A stretch of 64,000 bases of DNA from the human T2T-CHM13v2.0 reference genome, Homo sapiens. Each line of letters opens with the position of its first letter. Positions within the stretch are counted from its first letter, which is position 1. Below, piece after piece: positions 46,331 to 59,742 of the stretch. The stretch lies in assembly GCF_009914755.1 (NCBI RefSeq), contig NC_060934.1; one strand, given 5' to 3'. A model generated the notes under the pieces. That model did no database searches and was not told where the DNA came from. It saw only the letters and a list, made by a program, of their open reading frames with translations. Made by a program: the position numbers and the translations under genes.

Positions 46331-48460
46331 AAAAGTAGAAGAATAATCAAAGGCAAATGGCTCCATATTTTCTTACTCTATTTTTTAATTTATCTTTTGT
46401 TATTTTTATGAGTTTTTAATCATCCACAGAATTAAATTTATATTGAATGCATCTTTAGGTTTTGTTTCAGCAAGTAAAAAGCACTTCTGCATGAATTTGT
46501 CACACTTCTATTGGCATTCACGCATCACACGCTGTCGAGAGTTCTTGCTTTATTTGTAATCTTTTCCTTCTTCCACCCTCTGTTCACCCCTATGAAGTCA
46601 TCACCTGATTATAATGTCTTAGCTTCAGGTGACTGATAGAGATCTTTCTGGTGATCACCACAGTGCAGTGCTATTTCACTCTTTGGCAGGTCGTATCTGA
46701 TTTGATTTTGACCTCTTATTATCTTTGGCTTACCATACAGTTGGGTAATGTATGATGATATAGACCGAATAATCATTTAAAAAACAAAAACCTCATGTTT
46801 CACCACTGCAGCCAGTTATTTTGAAGGAGGCATCCTAAAGGTTGGGTTAATCTCTTAAGAAGTCTTGAGCAGCCAAACTTGGATGACACTTGCTTTCTTT
46901 GCAAAAACGTCTTTAAACTTGAGATGTTTTCCATTATCAGTTATATTTTTAAATTTTTGAAGTTTGTTAAGAGCTGGCTTCTTTTTTACAAAGTTGAGGC
47001 AAGTGAAAATAGACTTCTTAAAATGAACCTTTGATTAAGGGTGGGTGGTGGTTCACAAGTTCTAGAGGTTAGAAACTCTAAGTGGACACTTAAGGATTTT
47101 GCTTCTTTGAGATATTGGCTGGCTTCTCTACTTTAATGAAAACACTTGTGGTAAATCCAATACTATAAAGAGACATTCCTACATTTTGTTAATAACACTT
47201 TTTGGAAGCAAGTGATAAATTTTTGGAAGGCAAATATATGAAGCTCTGCAAGCGTTCATATAGTTAAACTTGTTTATCAAGATATATTTTAAGCACTTCA
47301 TTGGTAGAAGTAAAATTCTGATGTAAGCAATACTGCTGTCTATTCACAGATTCCACAGATTGGAAATGCCCTTGTCAGCTCACCAAGTTGGGCATGTGAT
47401 CTTGGGGTCCTCATCAACTTCCTTCATTCTCATTTTATTTATATATCAAAATAAAATCTATTTGTAGCTTCATCTGCCGCAGCAACCCAAGTTGTCTGGC
47501 ATCATTGGAATTGTCTCAATGCCACCTCTTGGTTTGACTTTTCCCTTTGCATGTCCTTTGCCCTGTCTCTCTGCTCTTGGCTTTGGTCTGAACTATTCTC
47601 TGGCTTTGTTGGTGTTCACTGGTATCAGAGAAACAATGGACTTTGAGCTTCAGCTGATGAATTTCCCTGATGGTGGCCAGGGCTGAGACTGGGAGCTACC
47701 AACATCCACGAATTTGACCTGCTATGGAGCCAGGGTACCTGGGGTGAATCACAATCCTTTCTGTATTGAATGTGCTCTTATATAGGCCCCTGGGAGCTAC
47801 ACGGAACCGAGGAGTGTAAAACCAACTGGTGGCTAGGAGCCCTTACCTTCTCTTCAACCTTCATTGAACACTGAATGATATCAGTGGAACCATTTATTTT
47901 TCCTGTTTTCTTCACTGTTTCATATGGAACCAAAATATAAAAAAGGATTAAATATAAAAAAGGTTTTATATAAAATGTAAATCTTCCTAAATATAAAAAA
48001 GGATTTAAATGTCTATAGTATGTTACAAAAAATAATTTCTTAAAATAATCTGATATGGCATTACATTTTATTTGATAGTAAACAATTTTTAAATTTTTTT
48101 TTAAAAACGCTCTCTCCTGAATCCTCAATTTCCCTTTTCTTACAAGTAGACTTCTATTTTGGTTGAGGCTAATAGTGAGTGTTAGGAGAGAAAGTGCCAG
48201 AGCATCTGTGATATGGCTGTTTTCCCTGGTGCTGGTGCTTAGCTGTTGCTAAGGGAGTCTAAGAAAACAGTGGCTACTCATATTTTACTGAACAAGCTGC
48301 ACATAAATTCTGATTCTAACCAGGATACCGGGTACTTTATTGTGAACGGAGTGACTTTCTAACCTGGAACTCAGTTCTGTATACTCCATCATATTGATCT
48401 CAATTCTGATATTCAGACCACAAAATTCTGGCTTTAAAAAAGTTTCTATATTTATAAGAC

Positions 48461-48500
<40 letters not shown>

Positions 48501-48510
48501 ATATATATTT
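48461..48510. repeat. (TA)n(CA)n(TA)n microsatellite
   Basis: Read directly. Confidence 0.9.
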
Positions 48511-49605
48511 ATACATGTACAACCATCAAACTATACTAACACCCAATTGAAAGGTTAGAACACAACTATCAACATTGAAGACCTCATGTACCATTTTCCA
48601 TTTCACAAAATCACCTTACTTTTATTATAACTTCACCATAAATAATTATATCTCTAAAAATTACATAAGTTTGAAGATGTTTGAGACTTTTAAAAAATGT
48701 CATTATACTTTGTGTATTCTTCTGCAACTTTCTTCTTAAAATTTTTTAAGTGTTTTATTGCATCAAAATGCACATAAAATTTACCATCTTGACCATTTTT
48801 AAGTGTACAGTTCCATATTGTTAAATATATTCATATTGTTGTGCAACCAATCTCCACAACTTTTTTACTGTACAAAACTGAAACTTAAACAAGTCCCAAT
48901 TTTCCCCTCCACCCCAACTCCTCACAACTGTCATTCTACTTTCTGTCTCAATGAATTTGACTACTCTATATACATTTAAAGTGGAATCATACAGTATTTG
49001 TCTTTTTGTCCCTAGCTTATTTCATTTAGCATAATATTCTCTAGATTCATCTATGTTATATCATGTCAGAATTTCCTTCCTTTTAAAGGCAAAATGTTGA
49101 ATTATGAAGTCAGCATTATACCCATGGGCTAAACTGTGTTGATGTGTATAGCTGTTGTTGACTACTTTCCACTGCTGTTACTCTATCATACCACTATTTC
49201 ATAACTTATTTATCCATTCTGTTTTGTCTGGACTTAGAGCTGTTTCCTGGGTTGGCTGATTGGTTTGTTTCCTCTATAATCAATGCCCATGGAGTAGTCT
49301 TGTTCATGTCATCGTATTCATATTGTGTGCACCTGTGCAAGAGTTTTTCTAAAGCATAAACCTAGAAAACTGCTGAACAATAGGGCACATGCTAACTTTA
49401 CTGGATGATGCCAAATTGATGTCCAACGTGTTTATACTGATCTATATTCCTGCATGAGAGTTCTTGTTGTCTCACATCATTGTCAGTACTTGATATTGTC
49501 AGAATTTTTAATGCCTGCCAATCTGGTGGGTGTGAAATAGTATCTCATTGTGGTTTTAATTTGCATTTTTCTGATTGCTAATGAAGTTGGAGCATCTTTT
49601 TGTGC
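48510..49605 (-). mobile_element. L1ME-like fragment with nested L1MB-like 3' end (~48750-49090)
   Basis: aaaatttaccatcttgaccatttttaagtgtacagttc; tatctcattgtggttttaatttgcattt. Confidence 0.65.
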
Positions 49606-50055
49606 ATCTGACTTGAATCTTCAAATCTGTTTCTGGATTAGAAGAGAAGAAATATAAGTCGAGGGAAAGAGAGAGAGAAAGTATTCTATATCCAGACCTT
49701 AACTCTGTAACTGCAACTTTTTAATTGACCGTAACTCTGTCAGCTCTTTTCCCCATTGGAGCAGTTTAAATATATAAAATGAGCACTGCCCTCAAATCTT
49801 GTGGTCAACAACTTATCTCCTGATGCTGCACAGAATCTTTGAATGAAAGGTATCATGCGGTCCATAGCCAGAGCACTAGAAAGCTCAGAGGACCACAGTC
49901 TAATGTTTTTGACTGAGAGACATATGGGAATGTGTATGTGTGTGTTTGTGTGTGTAAAACAAATGCCACACACGATAAAGTCTCATAAAACAATTCTTAC
50001 ACCTACTAGGTAAAATACAGTTTGATATTTTTACTTTGATTTAGTCCAGTCTTCT

Positions 50056-50185
50056 TTGTTTTACTTCTTTCTTTCCCTCTTTCTTTTCTTTCCTTCTTCC
50101 CTCCCTTCCTCTCTCTCTTTCTCTCTCCCTCTGTCTCTTCCTTCCTCTCTCCCTCCTTCCCTTTCTTTTTTCCTTTTTTTTTCTT
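50056..50185. repeat. CT-rich low-complexity tract / Alu tail
   Basis: Read directly. Confidence 0.85.
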
Positions 50186-50470
50186 TGAGACAAAGGAGTC
50201 TCACTCTGTTGCCCAGACTGGAGTGCAGTGGTGTGATCTTGGCTTACTGCAACCTCCCCTCATGAGTTCAAGTGATTTTCCTGCCTCAGCCTCCTGAGTA
50301 GCTGGGATTGCAGGCCCCCACCACCACTCCTGGTTAATTTTTGTATTTTTAGTAGAGATGAGGTTTTGCAATGTTGGCCAGGCTGGTCTTGACCTCCTGA
50401 CCTAAGGTGACCCGCCCACCTCAGCCTCTCAAAGTGCTGAGATTACAAGCACGAGCCACCACACCCAGCC
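50186..50470 (-). mobile_element. AluS-like element
   Basis: Full dimer ending gagccaccacacccagcc. Confidence 0.92.
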
Positions 50471-50904
50471 CCTTCCTTTCTTTCTGATTACTACCAACTA
50501 AGTTGATTTTACAATCCGCAGCTACAATGGTTCCCAATGGGGACGTTGCTGCTTCCAGGGAATGTTTTGGATATTTGTGAGGGATTTCCTGGCATTTATC
50601 AGCCAAGAACCAGAGATATGATATATGAGACAGTCTCAAACAATAAAAATTGTTCCTGTATCACAAAACATTCAATATTTATATAGATGATCATTGGATA
50701 TTTATAAAAGAACTTCCTTTCACAAAAAGTATATTATTCATAGTTTTCATATACAATATGCACTCATATTATAGGACTTATATTACTCTGTCTTGTAAAA
50801 CTGTGGTCTATTACCCTTGGAAGTGGAAGCTCCCTGAAGATAGGAGAAGTGTTGTATTCATCTGGGTTACCTCTAAGGTACCATCAAAGGACTTTGTATA
50901 TAGG

Positions 50905-51470
50905 AGGTAGGAAGGCAGTTTAGTGGAGGGCGAGAAATAGACTCCAGTTAAAGAAAGACTTGATTTAAATTCCAACTGTATCATGTCCAGTTGTCATGGA
51001 CTAGGGTAAGCTATAAAGCTTTTCTATCCATCCATTACTCACCTGCAAAATGAATTAATAATAACACATATCCTAAAGCTTCAGTGGAGATTAGGTAAAA
51101 TAATGTTTGTAAAAGAGCATATAGTAGGTGCTCAAATTATCAAAATTATTATGGCTGTTAATAATTATTTTTATTTAATAAACATTTGTTCACTTGATTT
51201 TGACCCATCTTGTTCTAATGTTTTTATTTAACCACAATAATAAGCACTAACACTTCTGAATGCTTACTTCATGTCAGACATAAAAACTTTAAATGGATTA
51301 GTTTCCTTAAGTGAATATTTGCTACCAACCTATAAAGTAATTATAATTATTATTTAGCTGGGGAAATTTAGGTTAACAGAGGTTAGGTAACTTGCTCAAG
51401 ATCTCCCTGTTAGTAAAGAAGGAAGCCAGGATTTGACCAAGGAAGTTCAATGTCAGCATCTATGTCTTAA
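50905..51470. mobile_element. Two MIR fragments in opposite orientations
   Basis: ctcacctgcaaaatgaattaataata; agaggttaggtaacttgctcaagatc. Confidence 0.55.
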
Positions 51471-51791
51471 CCATTTTTGTGTTAATTGTTGATATTGAAA
51501 ACTTTAAAAAATTCCATAGTAATACAGTCTTATACTTTAACTGGCTTCAAGTTTGACAAATCTTAGACATTGTTCCTCAGAAAATAAAATATACTGATAC
51601 AAAGCAAGAAAAAATGCCTGTGGCCAAGAACACAACCATAAGAAAATGTGTAAAATATGGCAAAACTAACTTATGTTGGAAATCAAACATCCAACTCCAA
51701 AATTTAATTGGTGACTTAGGATTGAATGTATTATGGAATCTTGTTTTTCTAATTGTACCATATCATTAATCAGCTAAGAACTGAAATATTT

Positions 51792-52112
51792 GGCTAGGCA
51801 TGGCGGCTCATTCTTGTAGTTCCAGCACTGTGGGAGACTGAGGCGGGTGGATCACTTGAGGTAAAGGGTTTGAGACCAGTGGGCCAAAATGGTGAAACCT
51901 GCCTCTACTAAAAATACAAAAGAAAATTAGTGTGGTGTGGTGGTGCATGCCTGTAGTCCCAGCTACTCAGGAGCCTTAACCAGGAGAATCGTTTGAACCT
52001 GGGAGGTGGAGATTGGAGTGAGTCGAGATTGTACCACCACTACACTCCAGCTTAGGTGACAGAGTGAGACTCTATCTCAAAAAAAAAAAAAAAAAGGAAG
52101 AAAGAAAGAAAA
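51792..52112 (+). mobile_element. AluS-like element with A/(GAAA)n tail
   Basis: Full dimer. TSD core gaaatattt at 51783-51791 and 52113-52121. Confidence 0.93.
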
Positions 52113-52334
52113 GAAATATTTAAAACCTAACATACTTGGATATGTATCCAGATTACAAAATTGAGCATGAAAATAGAACTTCAGGCAAATAATACAGAGC
52201 CTTTACAACAAGCTTGGAGGGAGCATGCAGTATTTGGTTCCCATGCTGATGAGTCTAGCAGTTCTTATCTCATTTCTCTGGGTGCTGGTCTATATCCCTC
52301 TGACATATGATCATTAAAAGAGTTGTATTTTTCC

Positions 52335-52520
52335 CGTGGAATACTATGCAGTCATAAAAAGGAACAAGATTATGTCCTTTGCAGGAAAATGGATGGTGCT
52401 GGTGGCCATTATCCTTAGCAAACTAAGGCAGGAACAGAAAACCAAATACCACACATTCTCACTTATAAGTGGGAGCTACGTGATAAGAACACGTGGGCAC
52501 ATCGAGGGGAACAGCACACT
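52335..52520 (+). mobile_element. L1PA10-13-like internal fragment, truncated at both ends
   Basis: EYYAVIKRNKIMSFAGKW...QEQKTKYH. No tail or TSD seen. Confidence 0.85.
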
Positions 52521-53470
52521 AAACCTCAGCTAAGTAGCAATGCAAACCTCTAATCTCAGGGACATGGAGCAAGAAGTCTGATTGGATGGGCCACAAATTC
52601 ATCCCCACTCCTGGAAACAGCATTCAAAGTATCTCACCTTCCTGGGGGCTCAGGCAAAGCTTCTTGTTTAGGATGCATTCTTTGCATGTGGTGAATTTAT
52701 GCATAAGGAGGGAGTAGATGCCATGCTGAGCTCCAGAACCAATTCATAGCAGTACTTTAGTCACAGCATCAGATGGCAGGCAAGGCTGTCTGTACATTAA
52801 AAGAGCTTATACTAGTCAGTCCAGTAATGTTGCACAAGTGTTCATCCAATTTAATTTTTCTGGGAATGACATGTGATGGGGTGTTGATGTGCAATTAAGT
52901 TAAGCAAGGAGAAAAGAAACGTGCAGCAGAGCTGGAGTCAATATGGTGGCTGAACTGCCCCATTGATTTGACAAAAGGATCTGTGAGTGCAGTTCATCTT
53001 AAGGTCCACGTGGCCCATACATGGGAGGTTATTGGAAGGTGAATGTTAGCAGAACAGCTGAGGCAAAAACTAAAGTCATGCCAGAAAGAGAGTCTTGAGG
53101 AGAGGGAAGGGGGATTCTTAATGACAGGCAGGATCCTAAGCAGGGTGTAGCGTTGGAAATGGGAGCCAATTTCAGTGAACACCTTTTAGCTCCTTTGCAC
53201 TGTTTTTAATGAATCCATGTGTGTAGGAAAGTTAGGTCCCCAAGTTTCTTACTATAAAGTGACTATTGTCATTAGCCCGCACAAATACTGGAAATGGGAA
53301 TGAAGATAAGGAAATCCCTCCTCCATCCCTTTAGGTTTATGTTAATTTATAAAATAAAATCTATTCCATTTTTGGTATTTCTTTAAAACTTACCCATGGT
53401 GAACTTAGTAGTTTCTATCAAATATTGGTGATTCTATAATAGATATTTTTAAAGCTTCTAAAAAGTCTTT

Positions 53471-53980
53471 TGTAAGGGAGAAAGAGTAAAATTTTTCTCA
53501 CTATCTCAAGGTTTATGGCTGAAACCTCTATAACAAAGACAAATTAACAACAGAAAAGCCCATCATACCTATTTAACCAAAGTCTTACATTACACAGGAG
53601 CCTTCAGAAATGAAGACCCAAAGAAATAGGAAAAACTGTAGTGTTATGCCTAGATTTGATGAAGAGTGGACAGTCATGGAGAAGGAAGATTGGACAAAAA
53701 GGGGTAAGATCTAATGGTCATAAACTGAGGGAGCTTAGCAAGGCCTGTTTGTTCAGATTTTCCTGAGTGTATCTGTATCCTCATTCCTTTCCTACAGGTA
53801 TAGGACAGGGCACCTGTCACAGGAGGATCTTATGACCTACTTTCAGGGGAAGTAGGTCAGAGAGTTTTTATGGTTGTCTCTCACACAGCAAGGTAGGAGA
53901 CAGAGTGATTTTCTTGCTTCTTCAGCTTCCTCAGTTTCCATGACACCATATTTTGGGGTAGTATTTCCTACACCTCATCA
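53471..53980. mobile_element. ERV1-class solo LTR (MER34/MER39-like)
   Basis: TG...CA termini; end motif ccatattttggggta; 4-bp TSD cttt at 53467-53470 and 53981-53984. Confidence 0.78.
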
Positions 53981-54571
53981 CTTTCTAGCCCTGGCACTTG
54001 GGAACTGGGATAGCTTCCCTTATATTAAATGAAAAAGAAATGATTTCATACAATGTCAGCCATATATCTTCAGATTATCAAGAGCTGGCAAACGAATTTT
54101 CTCAAAGTTTGGAATTTCTGTGCTAGCATATACTAATTGATTACCATGTAGCTCTTGAAGTAGAATGTTTCTGGATATTCTGAAATATTTTTGCACAGCT
54201 CTTCTCTATCCCTGGCAAACAGTAACCTAGAGGAGTTCTACAAACTGAATGACTTTTTTTTGTATAAGTCTGCAGTTTGATGATGAACCATTATTATGTC
54301 TTCAAAGGGCATGCCAGCTGTAAAGGCAATTGGTATTTAAGATGTTTTCACATCAGAAAGAAAGTATTGCATATGCATTGCCTGAAATAATATCAGAAAC
54401 ACAGTGAATGCTCTGTACACATTGATGATGGCAATGAAATGACAAGACTGAGCTGCTTTAGCTGTAGTCTTCTCTTATGCATATGTAACATGATTTTAAC
54501 AGATACCCGCATAGCAATAATTAACACTTACAGAACATGTTATATTTGACAAAGCTTTGCTAACATATATT

Positions 54572-54951
54572 TGTCGGGATAGGCTATGTTTTACTATACT
54601 TACAAAAAACTCCAAAATATTTTTGGTTTGACACAACAAAAGTTATATTGTATTCATGCAAGGCCAGCTGCAAATTTTAGAACATCAGTTGGAGCCTCTT
54701 TTGCTTCAAACACTTCCACATCAAGGTGAGCTATCAGAGTCATGGCAGCAGGGGAAAGAGAGCAGGAAAACCATGCATTGGTTCTTGAGTACTTCCACCT
54801 GGAAGTGACACAAGCCCCTTCTGCTCAAATTTCATTGGCCCAAGCAAGTCACGTGGCTACATCTGACTTCATGGAGGGCATAGGTACAATCTTGTGGCCC
54901 AGAAGGAAATGAGAAAATAAAATATTGGTGAGCAGCAGCAATGACACCACA
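54572..54951 (-). mobile_element. MLT1J/K-like MaLR LTR interrupting a MIR
   Basis: ggaagtgacaca...ttcattggcccaagcaagtcacgtggc. Confidence 0.7.
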
Positions 54952-56015
54952 TCTACATTATCTTATTGACCATTTAATCTTTCAAAGAGCTCTATGAGGG
55001 TCAAAAATCTTTTATTCTTGTTTTACAGATGAAAAAAGACTCAGTTTAAAAAACTTGCCCACAGTCACCCAGTTGGTAAGAAATGTACCACTTGGACACC
55101 AGTCCTCTAATTCTAAATCTTCTTTTTTTTTTTTCTACCCACCATCATGATGGAGTCGATTGCTGAGAGTGTGTTTGTTTTTAGAAGCAGAGGTCCCATT
55201 GAATTGGGATTCTTCTTTTCTCTTTTCCTTTTTTTTTTTTTTTTTTTTTTTAGCAGAGTAATCACTTACCATATGGCCGTGTGTGTAGTTATACCTAATG
55301 TATCAGTATGTAGCCTGTCATCTGAAACTAAAGTCACAGAAGGGGCTGCTTTTTTTTTTTCTTTCTGCAGAGAGAGTTCTTGGGTGCAGTGGGGAAGATC
55401 TGCCCAGGACCCTGGATCACATGCACTATCTCTTGAGAGGGTATGAGCAGTGAGTCTAGGGAGCTTGTCTCTGCAAGTCTCCCCACTCACAAATCAGCCC
55501 TTTGTGTACCCGGTGGCATGTCCTGCCCCACACCCACAGCCGAGGAGCCTGGAGATGAAGGAGATCAATCATCAGCTGGACTTCCTTCAGATGCCCAATG
55601 TATGGTTTATGCTTTACAGATGATGACAGCAGGTCTTCAAAAAGGTTCAGTCATTCGCCCAAGGTCATAAAGCTAAAGGAGGTGGGGAGGGAGGACCCAG
55701 GGCTACACAATCCTCAGGGAAACTCCTTCAGTTGCGCTACATTGCCTCTGAAAGATGCCCCACAGGATGCTCTGCCACAGGCTTCTGAGAGCAAATAAAA
55801 GGTAGGGAGATGGATTATAGTTTGCACCCATAGCTAGAAAGAGCCCATTCTTTAATGGAAAAAGAGAGGAGTTGAGGACTATATCATTCACTAAACAGTA
55901 GTATCATTACCACCATCCCCAATGACTTTAAACCATTGAAAAACAAATGTTAACCATTCCCCCAAAAGTCCAAGACTGAGATGACTTTGGTAGGGAAGTG
56001 TGTGCACACAAGCAC

Positions 56016-56416
56016 TGTCTTAGTCCATTTGTGCTGTTATAAGAAAATACCTGAGAAATAGCCTGAGACAAGGTAATTTATAAAGAACAGAAATGTATTT
56101 TCTCACAGTTCTGGAGGCTTGGAAGTCCAAGATCAAGGTGCTGGTAGGTTGAGTGACTGGTGAGGGCCCCTGTCTCTGATTCCACAATGGCCATCTTGTT
56201 GCTGGTTCCTCACATGTTGGAGGATGGAAAAGCAAAAGGGCCCAGCTAATTCTCTCCAGCCCCTTAATAAAAGATTAATCATATCCATGAGGGCAGAGCC
56301 TTATGGGCTAATCACCTTTTAAAGGTGATTAAGAGTTGCATCACTTAATATTGTTGCATTGGGGATTAAGTTGCAACATAAATTTCAGAAGGGACATGAA
56401 CATTCAAACCATAGGA
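56016..56416 (-). mobile_element. MSTC/D-like MaLR solo LTR
   Basis: tgtcttagtccatttgtgctg...cattcaaaccatag. TSD agcac at 56011-56015 and 56417-56421. Confidence 0.85.
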
Positions 56417-57413
56417 AGCACACACACACACACACACAAAAATACACATACACACAAACACGTACACACCCCAAACACATACTCAAGGCTTTTCTCATAA
56501 TCTCATGTTCCTAATCTCTTCATTACTCACTACTTTCTTGGAATATCCAAATGTGAAATGGAATGTACTTAAAAAACAAATGAGAAGTAGAGAAAGAAAT
56601 TTTATTTTGTAGATGGTCAGGGTTTTTTATTGTTATGTGTGTAAAACTAAAATTATGATAAATTTTTATTTCTGTTTGTGCAAAGTAGTTTAGTTACCAA
56701 AAATATTTCACAAAATCCCCAGTTTGCAATTTCTTATAGAACTGTGTCTAGGAAAATAGTTCTGGATAAACTACTTAAGAAAGTTGAATGTCTCCAAGAC
56801 TAAATCCCCAACATGCATTTGGTTTTATGATTGGTGTGGGGTAAGGAGCCTGAGTGTGTGAGAGCAGTTTGTAGGGCAAGACAAGCAAAACTGCAGTTAT
56901 TACTGCTGGAGCTCTCATAGGTATGTGCACATAATGGAGAAGAAAAGTCTTCCTGTCGGGCTGATGTAAAATCCCTCATCCTGGCTAAATTTCTTTGTAA
57001 TTGATGATCATACAGACCAGTGCCACCATGACTGGGTTCCCTTACATTCTATACATACCTTTTTTGAGAATGCTTGGAATTCAATGGGCTAAATTTTATT
57101 ATAGAGGGAATATTTATAAGAAGCAAAACTACCTTTCTCAGTGACTGAAATATTTATACACTGAGGGCTTGAGGGTGCCAGTGTATGTGAAGCTGTCTGA
57201 GGCAGCGTACAGTCATTTATGGATTTCTATATATAAATAATTGACATGAAAACTGCACACCATTCTCCCATGTGTATTAAAGCAACTGGCCTAAAGACCT
57301 TTATTGGACTGCTGCTTTGCTTGAGTTATTCAACAAATAGGCTGCATCTTTTCACCCTCCTTTCTTTTGTCTTTACCTCTTTCCTTCTTTTCTTCAACAT
57401 TTTTTTTGAGGGC

Positions 57414-57985
57414 TGTATTAGTCAGGGTTCTGCAGAGAAAGAGAACCAATATGATTTGTGTGTGTGTGTGTGTGTGTGTGTGTATGAGAGAGAGAGAGAT
57501 GGAGAGAGAGAGAAGAGGGGAAGACAGGGAGAGAAACAGCAAGAGAGAGAGATTTAGCATGGGATGTGGTTCATACAATTATGGAGGTGGAGAAGTCCTA
57601 TGATCTGCCATCTGCATGCTGGAGAACCAGGAAAGCCAGTGGTATAATTCAGTCTGAGTCAGAAGGTCTGAGAACCAGAAGAGACAATGGTCCTGGTCTG
57701 GGTCCGATAGCCCAAGTTCCTGGAGTGCTGATGTCCCAGGGCAGGAGAAGATGGATGTCCCAGCTGACACAGAGAGAGAGCGATGTGCTCTTTCTCAGCC
57801 TTTCTGTTCTATTTGGGCCCTCCACGGGTTGGACGATGCCCACATTGGTGAGGGTGATCTTTGCTCAGCCTACCGACTCAAACGTCAATGTCTTCTGAAA
57901 CACCCTCACGGACACATTCAGAAATGTTTTACCAGCTACCTGGGCATCACTTAATCCAGTCAAGTTTACATAAAATTGACTCTCA
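57414..57985 (-). mobile_element. MLT2B-like ERVL solo LTR with internal (TG)n(AG)n
   Basis: tgtattagtcagggttc...aatccagtcaagtttacataaaatt. Confidence 0.85.
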
Positions 57986-57999
57986 GAAGGGCTGACTAT

Positions 58000-58850
58000 G
58001 TGCCTGCTCCTCTTCTAGGCTTCCCCTATGGGGAAAAAACAATGAACAAGAAAAAACTCTCTTCTCATGGAGTTAACATTCAAGAGTAAAGGGGAAACAC
58101 AGCAAAAAAAAAAAGATGTGAAGAAGAAAATTCTTCTTTGCTTGAGATGGGGGCTTGGTAGTGAAGCCATATTGGGTAATCAGATAATGAATCTCTAAAG
58201 AGTTTGCATTTGCAATGTGAGCAAATGACCGTAAGAAGACCTGAGGAGAGAGAATTCCAGGCAGAGGAAAGAGGCAAGGTGAAGGCAGATGGCAGGGAGG
58301 CAAGTGTAATTACAAGAGCCCGTGCAGCTAGAGCTGAGGCAATGGCAATGACACAAGTAGAGTGAAGGGAAGGTGGTCAGGACTGGGTCATGTAGGGGTA
58401 TCTGATGCTAAGGAATTTGGATGGAAGAGTCTATGGATGTATTGTTTTTTTTCAAATCTTTTCCATAATTTGGATTTCATCCTCTTAGCTATGCGTCCTC
58501 CAGTTTCCAGGCTAATACTTTCCCCTTCAGAACTGGTGCTCTCAATCCCCAGTGGGCAATGGCATCACTGTCTCCTCATGTTCTTCCCACCTCTTGGACT
58601 GCTCTTTCTCTGCTTCTTCACTGACTCTTGTTCCTCGGCTCACCCCTTAGGTGTTCGCATGCCCAGATACAACCCTCAACTGTTTACTTTCTCTTGGTAC
58701 CCTCTCTGGGTGACTGCCTTTGAGTCATGGCTTCTTTTCTAATAGTTCTCCAACCCAGCCCTGAGGTCTCAGCTGAACTCACAGTCCAGCAGGACATCTC
58801 CCCTGAGTGATGTCTAGTCTCTTCAGTGTCAACATTTTCAATATCTCCCT
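58000..58850. mobile_element. L2 fragments in both orientations
   Basis: ggagagagaattccaggcagaggaa; ctctctgcttcttcactgactc...ggacatctcc. Confidence 0.55.
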
Positions 58851-58854
58851 ATGC

Positions 58855-59558
58855 ACAATGCAGTACCACCTTACTCCTGCAAGAATGGCCTAATCAAAAA
58901 ATCAAAAAATAATAGATGTTGGCATGCATGCGGTGAACAGGGAACACTTCTACACTGTTGGTAAAACCACTATGGAAAACAGTGTGGAGATTCCTTAAAG
59001 AACTAAAAGTGGAGTAGAACTACCATTTGATCCAGCAATCCCGTTACTGGGTGTATACCTTGAGGAAAAGAAGACATTATACAAAGAAGATGCACAATTG
59101 CAAAAATGTGGAAACAACCCAAATGCCCATCAATCAACGAGTGGATAAAGAAACATATATATAGAAAGAGGAATACTACTCAGCCATAAAAAGGAATAAA
59201 TTAATGGCATTCACAGCAACCTGGCTGAGACTGGATACTATTATTCTAAGCAAAGTAACTCAGGAATGGTAACCAAAACATCATACGTTCTCACTTGTAA
59301 GTGGGAGCAAAGCTATGAGGATTCAAAGGCATAAGAATGACACAATGGACTTTGCAGACTCAGGGGGAAATGGTGGGAAGGGGATGAGGGATAAAAGACT
59401 ACAAATTGGGTGCAGTGTATACTGCTCAGGTAATGGGTACACCAGAATCTCACAAAACACCACTAAATAACTTACTAATGTAACCAAACACCACCTGTTC
59501 CCCAATAACCATTGGAAATAAAAAAAATTAAAAAATAATAAAAATAAATTAAAAAAAG
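58855..59558 (+). mobile_element. L1PB1/2-like 3' end with A tail
   Basis: accaccttactcctgcaagaatggcc...gggataaaagactacaaattggg...ggaaataaaaa. Confidence 0.88.
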
Positions 59559-59712
59559 AAAAACTAACTGTTGGGTGCTATGCTGACTATCTTGGTGACG
59601 AAATTACTCATATTCCAAGCCTCAGCATCATGCAATATACTCATGTAATAAACCTAAATGCATACCTTCCGAATCTAAAACAAAAGTTGAAATTATAAAA
59701 AAAAGAAAAATG
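59559..59712 (+). mobile_element. L1PA17/L1PB4-like 3' terminal fragment
   Basis: cctcagcatcatgcaatatactcatgtaataaacc...gaatctaaaacaaaagttgaa. Confidence 0.75.
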
Positions 59713-59742
59713 AAAGTCGTATAGAAAAGAAAGCTAAGGGAA

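Noticed and set aside
55350-55446. Possible 70-nt + strand exon (ctgcAG ... agg|GTATGA)
   Set aside because: Not frame-preserving, and the acceptor relies on a poly(T) run; too weak without transcript data.
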